A stretch of 63,475 nucleotides of DNA, filler included, from Octopus bimaculoides (taxonomy: Eukaryota), in the NCBI RefSeq assembly GCF_001194135.2. It is 5 parts of 5 records of this genome, joined end to end, with 100 filler letters (N's around TTAATTAATTAA, not from the genome) between each part and the next. Parts side by side here need not be neighbours in the genome. Positions count along the whole stretch, not along the records: positions 60,532 to 63,475 come from NC_068988.1; 4 more parts are not named here. One strand, given 5' to 3'. Below the pieces are notes generated by a model that did not search any database, had not been told where the DNA came from, and worked only from the letters and a program-made list of their open reading frames with translations. A program made the position numbers and the translations under genes. The first letter of the stretch is position 1. The number at the start of each line of letters is the position of its first letter. Of the stretch, positions 62,975-63,475 are shown piece after piece.

Positions 62975-63475
62975 GGATATCAAGTAGTGATGCAGTACGA
63001 CCGTTTCAAGCGAGTCCATTTAATTGAACAATGCAATCTTTACATCAATTTAAATGCAATGCCATCATCAGTTGCACGAATAAATAAATATAATTTAACC
63101 AGTTGGACACATTAATACAATTTCTCTCAAATAATTTAATAGAGAAAGAAGATGGAAGCAATCTATGTGTCGCTATTGCAGCTAATAATAGACTACATTT
63201 CCAAGAATCGCATGAAGCCCATTGTGTAGTCAATTCTTAGCTACAATAGCGACAACATGAATTTCTTCCATTTTCTTGCTCTGCTAAAGTATTTGAGAAA
63301 AATTATATTAATGTGTCAAACTGGTTAAAATTCCATTTATTTATTTATTTATTAATTTTTTTTATTTATTCATGCAGCTGATGATGACACAACATCTAAA
63401 TTGATGTAATAATTACATTGTTCAATTAAATGGAGCCGCTTGAAACAGTCGTACTGCATCACTACTTGATATCTT
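62975..63475. mobile_element. Long-TIR foldback element, truncated by the window end
   Basis: 62975-63125 (gatatcaagtagtgatgcagtacgac.gtttcaagc...) is repeated in inverted orientation at about 63300-63475. Confidence 0.85.

Overview
Repeat-rich eukaryotic draft genomic DNA with many N-gaps. It is probably from an octopus, inferred from the tRNA-derived SINE families and the very high microsatellite density. Nearly all ORFs in the supplied track are artefacts of microsatellites or N-runs. Recognisable coding remnants are: two CR1-group LINE copies (8968-10330; about 14000-17265, with a CCCH zinc finger in ORF1, an APE and an RT), a dead Tc1 transposase with 36-residue D-E spacing (11070-12024, minus), two RTE LINE fragments, three R4/Dong-type restriction-like-endonuclease (RLE) retrotransposon fragments next to microsatellites, and a disrupted SLC15A4-like POT-family peptide transporter segment (55864-56451). 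Two well-bounded plus-strand host exons are visible: a signal-peptide plus PAN/apple-like exon (33054-33405) and a Ser/Thr-rich exon containing a PDZ-like GGPLGLHI motif (47385-47839). They are splice-phase compatible but lie on either side of an unsized scaffold join. Four artificial 44N-TTAATTAATTAA-44N joins split the window, and a visibly CpG-depleted block (33913-55588) lies exactly between two of them. No complete gene, tRNA, rRNA or CRISPR array is supportable. I cannot establish a new biological system from this sequence alone. The best leads are the possible PAN/Ser-Thr/PDZ-like gene, hammerhead-like motifs, a CATA-embedded R4/Dong 3' module, and intronic inverted repeats that could form dsRNA.
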